Positions 1 to 15,545 of a stretch of DNA of 64,000 nt are shown here, piece by piece; positions within the stretch are counted from its first letter, which is position 1; every line of letters starts with the position of its first letter. Below the pieces are notes generated by a model that was not told where the DNA came from, did not search any database, and was given only the letters and a program-made list of their open reading frames with translations. Source of the DNA: Macrostomum lignano (lineage: Eukaryota); the NCBI GenBank assembly GCA_002269645.1, contig NIVC01000232.1:133684-197683 (forward strand), in the 5' to 3' direction. Position numbers and translations under genes: made by a program.

Positions 1-374
1 AGAGGATTCATGTTCTATAAGATCGGAAAATATCAAGTAGCCATTTACTATCGAAATCTTAAAGGAAGCCGATCTCGTCATGACAATGTTGTAACTCTGT
101 AGAGTGAAATCAACCACTGAAGGAACTCCTGACTACACCACTCAAAAATTCCCATCTCGCTAATGCATTTTTGTCGAAAATCGGCCTTCAACTATTTTTC
201 CACGAATCGTGAGTTTTACGTCCTCTTATATGCTAGTGGTACTTGGCTTGCTTGAGCTCAGGAGTCAGTGGAGTCAGAATCGGTAGAATTGTGTGGTGTT
301 TTTATCTGTAGATTGCGTCCCTATTTTATTTCATCCGCATTCAACTCCCTCCCTAAAAACGCTACTCCACCGCA

Positions 375-3992
<3,618 letters not shown>

Positions 3993-4454
3993 GATGAAGA
4001 AAGTACACTTGATTTGAGACTCATAGTAGTGCGCTAAAAATGTCTTTGAACCAAACGAACGCATCAAAATAAAGTTCCATAATCAGCTCTCATTGTTCGT
4101 CATTACGCTCTGTGAATGTTTCCAAAAGAGATTGTGCATTGAAGTTGACTTATTGGATTTTGTTATTTTTCAAGCAAAATCAACTGGATAGTCCATACGG
4201 TAGGAATTGATGTCAACTGGGACGCCTGCGTCAGCCAGCAGGCAGTCGTAGGGTGCATGCAGCGAGATTTTAACCAACGTTACTTTCGAAACATGTCTTG
4301 ACCATAGAATCCATGCTTGTAGAGATTAGTTCATTAATTAATACATCAATATGCTTAATTATTGTAACATACGCGCATTATAAACAGCTATGCGATGCAG
4401 ATAGTGGCCAGTTTTAACAAATGCTTCGACTGAAATACAAGGTCAATCGGGACA

Positions 4455-7400
4455 ATGACGCCAAACTGGAGTCTGGCCAGACAGTTGAACGAATGGACCC
4501 GCGCTCTACTGCACTTGAAAGCCTGGCGTCTCGTCTTTCTCATACCGTCAGCTGTGCTGCTGTTCTCCGGCGCTTACCTGTCAATCATTCTGAGCAGATT
4601 CGATCTGGACGCTGACTCGGAGCTGCGGTTCTATCGGACTGTGGATATTGGAACTGCCTGGAAACTTCAGGTGGGAAAACAGGCCAGCGAAAGCGACACT
4701 CTGCAGCTTGAAACCGTCAGCGGCATACGCTGGGACAGTCAGCTTGACCTCTTCTGCACTGTTCCCGCAAGGACTTGCATTGAGCAGTTGCTAACCAGAG
4801 CGAATAATAACAAAGGTAAACTACTTCTGCAGACGGTTGCCAAGGCTAAGTCTTCCCCAATAATGCTGGAGTGCTTAGCAGAGAACTCCAGCAGCTTTGA
4901 CTGCAGTCTTCTCTACCAGCCGAAAAAAGCCAAGCCTAGTCAGCTAAGCGCGCTGAAAGAAATCAATCTGCTTTACTTTGAAACTTATGCCAACGGTAGC
5001 GTGAACAGCACTTACAGAAATCCGCAGGTCCCAGTTTCAACCGACACTGTACAGCTAGGCCCCAAGCGAAAGAGCAAAAGTTATGCAACTCAAGCAACAA
5101 GCTGTTTCGCGCAGTTGTAGCAGTTTCTTTCTCGATCAGTACCATGGCTGTAATTCTCTACTTCAGCTTATCCACAGCGTACTGTATCCATCGGCTTAAG
5201 ATGCATAATTTTCTAAAGCTACAACACCTCAGCGGTTTGTGTGCGACGGCTTTCTGGCTACCAACGTTTGTCATCACTATCGTCGAGTGTCTGGTACTGT
5301 CAGGGTGTTTGTGGCTGGCCAGGTTATCAATGCCCAGAATTGAGACTGGCATCTCATAGGGCTTTTCGAGTATTGATTGTATACTTTTTGCATAGCATTA
5401 GCCTGGCTATGCTGGCAATACTTTGCGCTACAGTTTTGACTTACGCAGCGGCTTGCACTCTGATGATGCTGCTGAACATGGCATTGATAGGGGTTTCGCG
5501 TACGCGCCAGGCCTCCTCGAAAGCGGAGCCACCGCTGTCCTGTACCTTTACCCGCCTATTAGCAGTCTGCAAGTTGTGGAAAGTCACGTAGCATCCGATG
5601 GCATTGAGCTGCTGACCCATCAGGCTGCAGCTCATCACAGGAGCATTTTTCCCTGCATGTTCGCGACACCCATCATAATAGCGATTGCTATTCTTTACCT
5701 GGACTTCATCCTACCAGATGGTAACGGACTCTGTCTGCCAGTTTATTTTCCAATCACTAAACGATTTTGGATGCCGGACAAATTGGAGCAGACAGACACA
5801 ACAAATCTCATCGATGGTGGGGTGACAGTAGACAAGAAAGAACGTTGCGCTTTCGTTGAAGACATGCCCTCTGGCTCAGTTCCGATTGCTGTGGTGGATC
5901 AAGTCAGCGTTGCTTACCGCGACAGTGGAGACTGCTGCTGCTGCTGCTGCTGCTCCTGCAGTGCCAGCCAGGCTCTGAGACAGGTTTCATGTGAGTACTG
6001 AGAATTTCCTGTGGGAAGTTTTCTCGCCGTGGTTTGCCCGCGGGAGGTTTTCAAGTCAAATCTAGTCTATAGACAATGCTGGACTAGATTAGAACTAGAC
6101 TAGACTAGACTAGACTAGGCTAGACGAGATTTCAAATCTGATTAAATTTCATTTGAAATTCCGACTGGAAAAAAGGCTCGGTGGGAAAACATCGCTGCAG
6201 GAAAACTTTCTTTGGGAAATAAATTTAGTTTATTAGTTTAGTTTAATTTATTTAGTTTATCAGAAACCTGAAAGCGGCTTAATTAAGTGTGCTTTTTGTC
6301 TAGCTGGTAAAAAAACATTTGCGTTTGCCACCCTCTAGTTAAGATCTACCCCGGTCACATTACCTGGCTCCTTGGCAACAGTGGTAGCGGCAAGTCCACA
6401 CTGCTCGACTTCTTTCCGGATTTCATCAGCGAGCAGCCGCCCCGTCAGTTGTCTGCGGATCCGTCACGATGCTTAATGGCTTCCAGGCTACGGAGCCACT
6501 GGACAGACTTCTCGTTCGTAGAAAAGTGGCCGCCAATCTCAGCCAGAACGCAAACGACGGCATCTGCACCTGCCTGACCGTGCGGCGAGGCCTGTCACTG
6601 ACGCTGGCCAGTCGGGGCTGCGTCATCGGCTCCGATACCACAGCAACGCCACGCGAGTTGCTGACCCGTCTTGGCCTGGCCGGGGTTGAAGACCAGACGC
6701 CGGCGGATCTGAATCTCTGCCAGCGAAAGCTGCTGAGCCTCGCCAACTGTTTAGCCGGATGCGCTCAGCTGGTGCTGCTTGACGAGCCGACCAAAGGCCT
6801 GGAGGCGGCGGCGAAGCAGCGCGTCTGGCGTCTTCTCCGAGACATCTGTCGACAGACAGCTTCGGTGTCTATTGTGGTAGCCAGCAGTCAAAATGACATG
6901 CCAACGATTGCGCCAGACGAGCGAATAGTCTACCTGTCTGGCGGTCAGGTTGCCGGGGTTGGCACCAAGAATTTTCTAGCGCAAGCGTTCAACTGCAGAC
7001 GATATTGCGTGTCTGCGACTCTGCTGCAGCCGGTGGAGAATTCAGCTGCCGCTGTGCAAAATCTGCTGAATCGCCTGCCAAACGGTGTTGTGGAAAGATC
7101 ATCTGGGCAAAGAGGAAGCAAGCTTAGCTTGCTGGTTGAACCCGAACTTTTGCTAGGCTGTGTTCGAACCCTAGAGTCAGCTGTGGGCCAGGTAATAACT
7201 CATGGAGGTATTCAACTCGGACCGATGCAGCCTCTGAGATTGCCAAAGCGTTGGCTAGCCCGAGACAATGTCAGCAGACTCAATTTTAACGAACTCAACG
7301 AATCCGATATACTCGTTGCGGATAGCAACAGTACTGACAATGGAAACAACAATAATAAGAGCAGCAGCAGCGCCAGTGAGAGCGGCAAAACTCCCTTGCA

Positions 7401-10400
7401 GCCTAAAAGAAACCATCAGACAATGAGAAAGTGAAAATTAATCGAGAGCGCCTGCATGTTTCGCCATTCACTCGGATTTGCACTCTCGGCAGTGTCCACG
7501 CTAAGCGCCTAGTCCGAAGCCGGTGTGATTTCGTCACTCGCCTAGTGGTGCCTATTTTGCTGTTAATCTCCTTGCTATTAGCGACAGCCTATGAGAGGGC
7601 ATTGTATCGAACTTCAGCACCAGATTATTTAATAAAATCAAGAAAAGTTCCGACTACAGTTAATTTGTCCGCGAAAATGTCTAATCCAATGGAGGAAGCA
7701 CTTGTGCCGAACATCTGCGTGGTTGACGAACTGGAAGGTGAACAGGAGGCAGCTTTAAAATATCAAGACTGTTCAGGTTCAAACTCGATAGTTCTTAGAA
7801 AATCTGGTCAATTAAATCTGCTGGAATTTCTGCTAGTTCAAAGCCCAAATTTCAAACTGAACGACTCTTGTCTTCAAAGCTGTTTAGTAATTTATTGTCA
7901 GCCATGGAATCGTGTCTCCAGTGACAACGGCAACAGAACGGTCACGATTGCTGTGCTAGACGGCTTGCTGGCTGCCAACAGCACACCGGCTAAGAGTAGC
8001 CATGTACACTTGTATCGCACAGCAGTTGCTAAGGTTTTCAAGCATTTTGATGCTCAGTTGGATCTCAGCGATTTGAAGCTTGCGCAGCAGACGCAGCAGT
8101 ACTTGCCTGGCGGATTCTTAGCCAAGTGCAGTGGTCTTATTTTTCTTCTAACCGCTTTTTCTGTATTTCCAGCCTCGTTTTTTAACCAGGTGGCTGACGA
8201 CATGGACTCGAATGTTTATCGATATCTCACCTCATTGGGAATGAGCCGACTGGGCTATTGGCTTTGCACCTTTGTAATTCATTGGCTGCAATACGGAGTC
8301 TATTTTTTGCTGTTGACATTGGCACAAAACACGTGGGACCGATTTCGCAATCAATACTACCTGTCCTGCATCTTTGTGCCAGTATTAATATTCGGGACGT
8401 CATCCAACTTGCTCTCCGTGTACACAACAGTAGCGCTAACAGGTAGGCAAAGCAACACTATGAAGTTTGCTTACTTTGTACTGGTCATAATAACACCATG
8501 GACCTTGAATGGAGTGTCGAAGCTAGGAAATATTCCTGTTCTAGCACTAAACTGGTTGGTTCCTCAGGCGGCCCCATTGTCACTCATTCTATTCGGAATG
8601 AATCTGGCTGGTCAGACTATCACGCACGAGCATGATGCTGGCGAACTGATCCTGTATCGACTATGGGACATGCAGGAAGGACTGTGGAATTATGCTTTAG
8701 TCATTAACTCTCTAATCGCTATGCCAACTCATGTAATCATATTGAGCTTGCTATTAGCCTGTTCAGTTTGCGATGTACATCGGTGCCTTGGCCAGCATTT
8801 GGATTGCGTTGGTAAAGGCTTGTTCGGTCGCAAGCGAGAAACCAACAGGGAGATGCAGCCAATGTCCTCTAGGCTCGGGCCCGCTGCATCGTCAAGTCAC
8901 CACTGCATTCTGGACGTGCGCAGCCTGTGGAAAACTTGTCCGGTCAGCGGCTTCCCGCTTGTTAAAGGAATCGGATTTCGTCTGGCGGAGGGCCAAAGCT
9001 TCAGTCTGGTCGGCCCTGGCGGCTCCGGCAAGTCAATAACTGCCGCCATTGCTGCTGGCGAAGTGATGCCAACGTCTGGCGAATGTCGCGTGTTCTGCGA
9101 CGGCAGCCTGTGCAAGTTCGGTGCCCAGCCTTGGAGGCATCGGCCGAGCTGCGGCGCCATCGGCTACTGCCCGCAGTACAGTCCGCTGTTCAAGTGGCTC
9201 ACCGTACAAGAGCATCTGTTTTTCTATGCTCAACTCCGCGGCCTCAAGTCCTGTATTGCGGGAAAGCGGATTCGAGAACTGCTGTTGAATCTGGGCCTGA
9301 TAGAATACCAGCAGCTGCGCATTGGCGGACTGGACCGTCGAACTCGCAGCTTGGTTTGCTTGGCAGCCTCTCTATTATCCAAGCCTTTGTTGCTGGTAAT
9401 TGATAACGACTTCCTCGGCAACGCTCGGGCTTATCTGCGCAAGCATGCAGTGAAATCTGTCTCGAATTATTCAGACACTCGAACTAGTCTGACAATTGTA
9501 GCTACAGCGGAGTCTGTCAAGCAGACCTTTACTCACTTCAGCAGCTCTGACGGAGATTCTAACGAGTTTCAAACTAACGACAGCGATGGAGAGGAGGAAA
9601 AGGATGACGCGGCCAGCGGCGAGGTGGGTTCGGTCCGAGGATCAAACGATGGAGAAATTTCCAAGCCCGCCAGCGAAGTGTTCGGCGTGCTGCATCGCGG
9701 GCGAATCGTTGCCATGGGAACGCGTAGTCAGCTAAGAAGCATGTAAGACAACTTGCTACAGTATTTTTCAATTTTCTCTTACTAAAGCGCCCTGATAGAG
9801 AGGTTCTAAAAGTTTGAAATCGATGCATCAAATTTTTTTCCAAGTAAAACAAACAATGACTGAGATATATACATTCATTCAAAATCGTAAGCCTAAAAAA
9901 TGGTTATCAATTATGCTCGTAATAATCGTTTTATTTAATAGTCTAATGATAAGTTAGCAAAGTTTGTTTTAAGAAATAAGCTTACCATCATGCAGAAACC
10001 TCTGTCAATCAAAATTACGCAACACTGATAAAACAAATGCAAAACGTACTTTTTTACCCAGTTACGGCAATTGGTTCGTTCTCGACATCACATTGGACAC
10101 CAATCCTTCAAGTGTTGGCTTCAGGATCGAGGAACTATATTTGAAAGTTACTAGTGCCATACTGACTCATTTTAAAGGCGCATTGCTTCTAGAGGAGACC
10201 CATTGCTGGCTGCAGTTCTGCTTACCGTCTGGTTCTGTTGGTCGATTATCGAATGCGCTAAGCTGGTTGGCCAACTCACTGACTGTGGAGCAGGCGGTCC
10301 TGTACACGATGCCTTTGGACCAGGCAATGGCTCTGCAACAATTAAGCATCATTAAGCAACATGTACAAGACGAAGATATCGCAACGCGAAGCGCGCATCA

Positions 10401-10407
10401 ATCTTAA
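4455..10407 (+). CDS. ABCA-subfamily full transporter (TMD-NBD-TMD-NBD), highly divergent. Exons ~4455-5990, 6339-9742, 10062-10407, with about 5 frameshifts
   Basis: Splicing gives ALRQVSFKIYPGHITWLLGNSGSGKST (Walker A 1), then LVLLDEP, LPVYFPITKRFW before NBD1, Walker A 2 GPGGSGKS, GYCPQ Q-loop and a C-terminal regulatory-like exon (IYGNWFVLDI). Introns 5991-6338 and 9743-10061 are GT-AG and in phase. Confidence 0.85.
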
Positions 10408-10894
10408 AACTGTATGCAAGATTTTATGCTGATTGTCTTTAACAAGTGCTACCTTTTTAGTTGCTTCTGGCATAAAAAACTGAAATTCTTCTTTTCTGAG
10501 GTCACAATGAGGTTGCATGTAAATAAAGTTGTGCCAAATTAAATTTTCGGCTTATCTTTCAAGCGAAATTGTCTCTTATTCATTCTACTTGATTCTGCTT
10601 AAATTTCCAACTAATCAAAATAAAACATTAGTCTTCTGTAGCCTCCTTTTAAAAAGGGTTAAGTTTGCTCGTAGAAGAGGATATATTTCAATAGTCTCTA
10701 TATGCAAACAATGGCAATGAACGAACGGTGTTCTTTGAAGAAGGATCTTTTCCACAGTAGCAATAAGAGCTGAGCAAACAGAGCGCGGGAGCTTTTGTCT
10801 TTAGTGTATGTGGTCTCAGGTGGATCGAGTGAAAATGTACAAAAAATCCAGAGTTGATAAAAGAAAATCTCTACTTGGCTGACGGGGCACATAT

Positions 10895-12601
10895 ATGGCT
10901 CTGAGAATCTTAGAGGAAACCAGAGCGGATATCATGGAGCAAGTAAAAAATGCTCTGGAGGCAACATCACTTCATGGCTTGCCCAGAGTAGCGTCAAACA
11001 AGCCGATCTATATCCGCATCCTGTGGCTGCTCCTGTTCCTGTTCATGCTTTCCCTGTTTCTTAAAGGCTTTATTGAGTTCATCAACAAGCTGCAATCTCA
11101 TCAGGTGACCACGTCCTTCGAAGCGAATTCGCTGCCATTCCAGTTTCCCGATGTCTACGCCTGCTACGAGAACGCTCTGTCTGGAAGCTATGCGTCGAAC
11201 GTTGACTCGAAATCGGCTCAGTTAATCAACGACAAGCTGCTCAATGCCAGTAGCGTTTTGAAGTCGTTTTTAATGCAGAGAAACTTATCTAGCACAGAAA
11301 TGTTGGCGAAAGAGCGCGAGTTGAGCTTCTTTTATCCGCAGTCGCTGCCTTTTAAACTACTGGTTGACTCGCTAAGCCACAGAATCGAACAGGGAGTTCT
11401 GAGCAGTGGAATTGTCTTCATGGAGAGCGGCGGCTCTCCGGACTACACTAACGTCCATGCCACGGTGTTCTATCATCCGCTTTACCTCCAGTGCTTCAAG
11501 TGGTCGTTGGATAGAGCTACGCAGAAAAAGTTGGCCAAAAGTGGTTTATCAACTGGACTCGCTGTGACACTTTTAATTGACGGGAACTCCACTGAGGTGA
11601 CTTCTGGAGGCACGAAAATTCTTCCGATGGTTTACACCGTTGGTGAAGAAGCTGCTCTACCTGTTTCGGACTGGACCATGCTGTCGAACGACTTTTTCGG
11701 ACCCGACCGAACTTCCGGCGTTCGAGTGTTCCTGACCCCTCCAGGAGAGTACCCGTCCGACTTTGTGAACTCGTTCTCGCTGAGCCCTGGTATGCATCAC
11801 AAAGTTGAAATTAGCATGACTCAGCAAGAGTACAAGGCGGGTCAGTTCAACTGTCGCGCGGAGACCCCCGCGGTCCAGTTCGTGAACCCATACGACCAGA
11901 CTCCTTACAATCACATCTACAGCTTTTCCTATTGCTACTACTACGAGTACCATAAACAGTTCCAAGCGCTCTTCAATCTATCTGGAGACGTTAGTCCTCT
12001 GCCCTGGCCATTGGTTGGGAAGAAGTATCTGCTTAATGTGACTGGCGAGCCAAACTTTTTAGCAATGAGCCTCGATCCGCTGTCCGACTTTAGCGCTGTT
12101 GAAGATGCTTACGAAGTTGCACAAGATAAATGTGGGTCACAGCGGCCCTGCACTACCCGGGACTACAAGGTGAGCATCTCAAGTTCCGATTGGCCTAGTC
12201 AGAGCTCTCTGATGCCTTTCATCCAAAGCACGGTCAGACAGGCCTGGTTGCGGGCCAAATCCAAAAACCAAAGCGTGCCAGCGCTTGACTTCCTATTGAC
12301 TGGGAACAGTTCTAGTGTGACCAGCTACGTGCGTCAAAACATGCTAAAGGTGAATTTTAAGCCGCGCAGCGCTTTGTCCGACAAAGTGACATTCTCCAAG
12401 GACTACGGTATTTCTAACTTCATCTCGGACGTTGGTGGAATCATGGGCATCTATTTGGGCATGTCGCTGCTCACACTGTGCGAGCTGATAGAGCTTTTCT
12501 ACGACTTGATCACGGCTTGGAACACTCAGAGACGACCGAAGACGGTTGAACCTGACAAAACAATGTGTAAAGAGCCGACTTTCGTGGAAAGCAGTCAGTG
12601 A
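10895..12601 (+). CDS. DEG/ENaC family sodium channel subunit, copy 1 (intronless, 568 aa)
   Basis: N-terminal TSLHGLPR (HG motif), TM1, FPDVYAC, GVRVFL..PPGEYP, DWPS, and TM2 ISDVGGIMGIYLGMSLLTLCEL. Confidence 0.95.
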   Translation: MALRILEETRADIMEQVKNALEATSLHGLPRVASNKPIYIRILWLLLFLFMLSLFLKGFIEFINKLQSHQVTTSFEANSLPFQFPDVYACYENALSGSYASNVDSKSAQLINDKLLNASSVLKSFLMQRNLSSTEMLAKERELSFFYPQSLPFKLLVDSLSHRIEQGVLSSGIVFMESGGSPDYTNVHATVFYHPLYLQCFKWSLDRATQKKLAKSGLSTGLAVTLLIDGNSTEVTSGGTKILPMVYTVGEEAALPVSDWTMLSNDFFGPDRTSGVRVFLTPPGEYPSDFVNSFSLSPGMHHKVEISMTQQEYKAGQFNCRAETPAVQFVNPYDQTPYNHIYSFSYCYYYEYHKQFQALFNLSGDVSPLPWPLVGKKYLLNVTGEPNFLAMSLDPLSDFSAVEDAYEVAQDKCGSQRPCTTRDYKVSISSSDWPSQSSLMPFIQSTVRQAWLRAKSKNQSVPALDFLLTGNSSSVTSYVRQNMLKVNFKPRSALSDKVTFSKDYGISNFISDVGGIMGIYLGMSLLTLCELIELFYDLITAWNTQRRPKTVEPDKTMCKEPTFVESSQ

Positions 12602-13307
12602 ATTACAGGCATGTTCTACTATTTCTCAAGCAAACACTAATTGAAAACAAAAAAATTTGAAATCGGACTGTGAATTTATCTTTCGAATCCGTGGTGTTCC
12701 TTGGTTTTACTATTTGCATTGATAATCTCATAGCTACATTTTCATATTTATGCAGATCATGCAGTCATGACTAAGCTCTTGTGCATAACATTTAATTGAG
12801 TCTATCGAATATTTACCATTGAATACATGTATACGAATTCTATAAATTATCAGACATAAAAAGATTACATACTCGTAGCTAGATACTTGCTTCATTTTCA
12901 GATCAAAATTCTAAAGGAGATAGGGCAAAACAATACAATTTCTATCTCGTTATAGAATTTTGCAGTAAAACAAATCTACAGTTAAAAATTGCTACGTGAT
13001 TAATTACTATACGCTCGTCCGCCTGCTTGCGAAAGCAAGTTGACTTATGAGCGCGTAGATAAAGCCTATGCAAACGGTGTGAGCTCACACAAAACCAATA
13101 TGAGTCTATGATTTGCGCAATGGTTCAGCAATACATGTACATTCCCACTGCAGCAGTCTGTCTAGTTTGATTACTAAGTCTGTCAACTTCCCGATACGCA
13201 ACCAATCGATATCAACCAGCGTATTTGAGTATATAACCAATTAACTGTCCAACACACAAGTTAGCCAGACGCTTTATCCTCCTAGGCTCGCAATATTACC
13301 GAACAAA

Positions 13308-14923
13308 ATGAAGCAGCAAGTAAAGGCGGCCTTAGAATCGACCTCGGCTCACGGTCTACCGAGAACCGTGAGCAGTAAACCGCTGCTCATCCGTCTAATA
13401 TGGGTGGCTTTATTTCTTCTCATGGCCGGCTGCTTTTTGCGAGGATTGTTTCTGTTTTCAATAAAGTTTGCTGCAAATCCGCAAACTAGCACTTTGGAAG
13501 CGAACAAAGTGGTGTTCCAGTTTCCCGATATTTACGCCTGTCACGAGACTCCTTTCTCTGCCAGCTACGCAGTCAATGTGGACAGGATTGCTGCAAATGC
13601 GATTAATTCAATAATGAACTCCACAACGCCATCCATACGGGAATACTTAGCAAAAAATATCTAAACGAGACAGACGAAAGCAAAACCATGCCGCCAAATA
13701 CATTCTTCTATGTATTCTCTCTACCATACTCGCTTATGGTCGACGCGCTGGCCCACAGGGCCGAGCAATCTGTCATCTCAAGTGGTGTCCTGTACAGGGA
13801 AAAACGTGGCACTCCCCACTACGAACATATTGAAGCGACCAGCTTCTTTCACCCGATTTACCTTCGGTGCTTCAAGTGGACCCTGGACAAAGAATTTCAG
13901 ACTGCTGTGTTGAAGTCCGGCTCGTGGGCCGGCATCACTGCAACGCTGCTCATCGACTCGAGCGCATCGGAGATCGAATCCAATGGCGCACCAATTCAGC
14001 GCATGGTGTACTCAAACTACAGCTTGCTCTCAGTCTGGGAGTGGTCTCTTTCGCTGCGCGACTACTTCGAGGCCGACAGGAGCGCCGGAATTCGAGTATT
14101 CCTCGCACCGCAAGGCGAATACCCGTCCGAGTTCGTGAGCTCGTTCGTCCTGGGTCCGGGAAAGCACCACACAGTCGAAATCGAGATGCTGCAGCAGGAG
14201 TACACAGCTGGCCAGTTCTCGTGTCGCGGTGACAGTCCCGCAGTGCAGTTTGTGAATCCGTACGATGACACTCCGTACAATCACACCTACAGCTATTCCT
14301 ACTGCTTCTACAAGTCATATCATGAAATCATTCAAAGATTGTATAATCTCTCGGGCGATATAGGACCTTTGCCATGGCCTCTTCGGGGTAAAAAATATGT
14401 CTTTAACCTGACTGGAGAGCCAAACTTTGCCAGTCTGAAGTTGAACCATTCTGACTATTCGACTATAGAAGACGCCATTGCTAATGTCGAGGAAAACTGC
14501 CAGTTGGATCGGCCGTGCAGCAGCCTTCAGTACCGCTCGAGTGTCTCCAGCGCTGACTGGCCCATAGACAGCTCCATCTTCTCCTTCATCAACAGCACGG
14601 TCAGGGAGGCCTGGACTCAAGCCAACGCCAGGAACCTCAGCGTGCCTGCTCTGGACTTTCTAATGACTGGAAACGATTCGGTTGTGTCATTGTATGTTCG
14701 CAAGAACCTGCTTAAAGTGCACTTTAAACCGTCGCAAACGCTAAGCGATAAAATTGTGTTCTCAAGGGACTATGGACTGGAGAACTTTGTTGCAGAAATT
14801 GGCGGCACTATGGGAATCTACCTGGGCATGTCGCTGCTCACCTTGTGCGAACTATTCGAACTAATTTACAATATTGTCGCTATCTACAAGTCGAAGAAGT
14901 CGCAGCAACAAGTTGAAAACTGA
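13308..14923 (+). CDS. DEG/ENaC subunit, copy 2 (one -1 frameshift in an A-run at ~13655)
   Basis: ORFs 13308-13664 and 13688-14923 join as LAKKYLNETDESKTMPP if one A is added to AAAAAA. All family motifs are present (SAHGLPR, FPDIYAC, AEIGGTMGIYLGMS). Confidence 0.9.
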
Positions 14924-15545
14924 GTAGGGCAATAATGTCACGAGGCAATAAAATACAATATTTGTATTTTCAAGTATTTTCAAAACGAATGTCGTCACTA
15001 TATTGATCATATGCCGGACTTCATCATTCATATTTTAATATTTCACAGGTAAAATTACGTAAGAGTAATTATAAAGACAAAACTTGCTAATCATTAAAAG
15101 TCACTCGTATAGAATTGTATTTCTGTAACATAAGTCAAAGTTTTGTTATTATTTGCCTCCTAACATTAATGGGAAATTTCGTTCGTGTTTTCTACCACTC
15201 ACGAACAGTGGCCAGTGCAATAAAGGTTTATCGCGTCCTTTTCAAGCCATAGTCCTGTGACATACGGCAGTTATGTTGCTAAGCAACGATTAGGCAAACA
15301 ATAGACGCTCCCGACAATAATTGAGAGATCGAGACAATGCTGGGATTAAGTGAAGAGGGAAATTGGCGTTCCTAATTTGGCACCGAGTGGGCATCGGTCG
15401 ATTGATTACTAACTCTAATGAGGCAAATTACTCACATCAGCCTCGCAGAGAGATACGAGTACAAAGCAAGCCAGTTCATCTGCTAATATATTTGAGTCAG
15501 GCATACTCTGAGCAACCTTGTCGCTAAAGACCCAGAACAGAAGGC

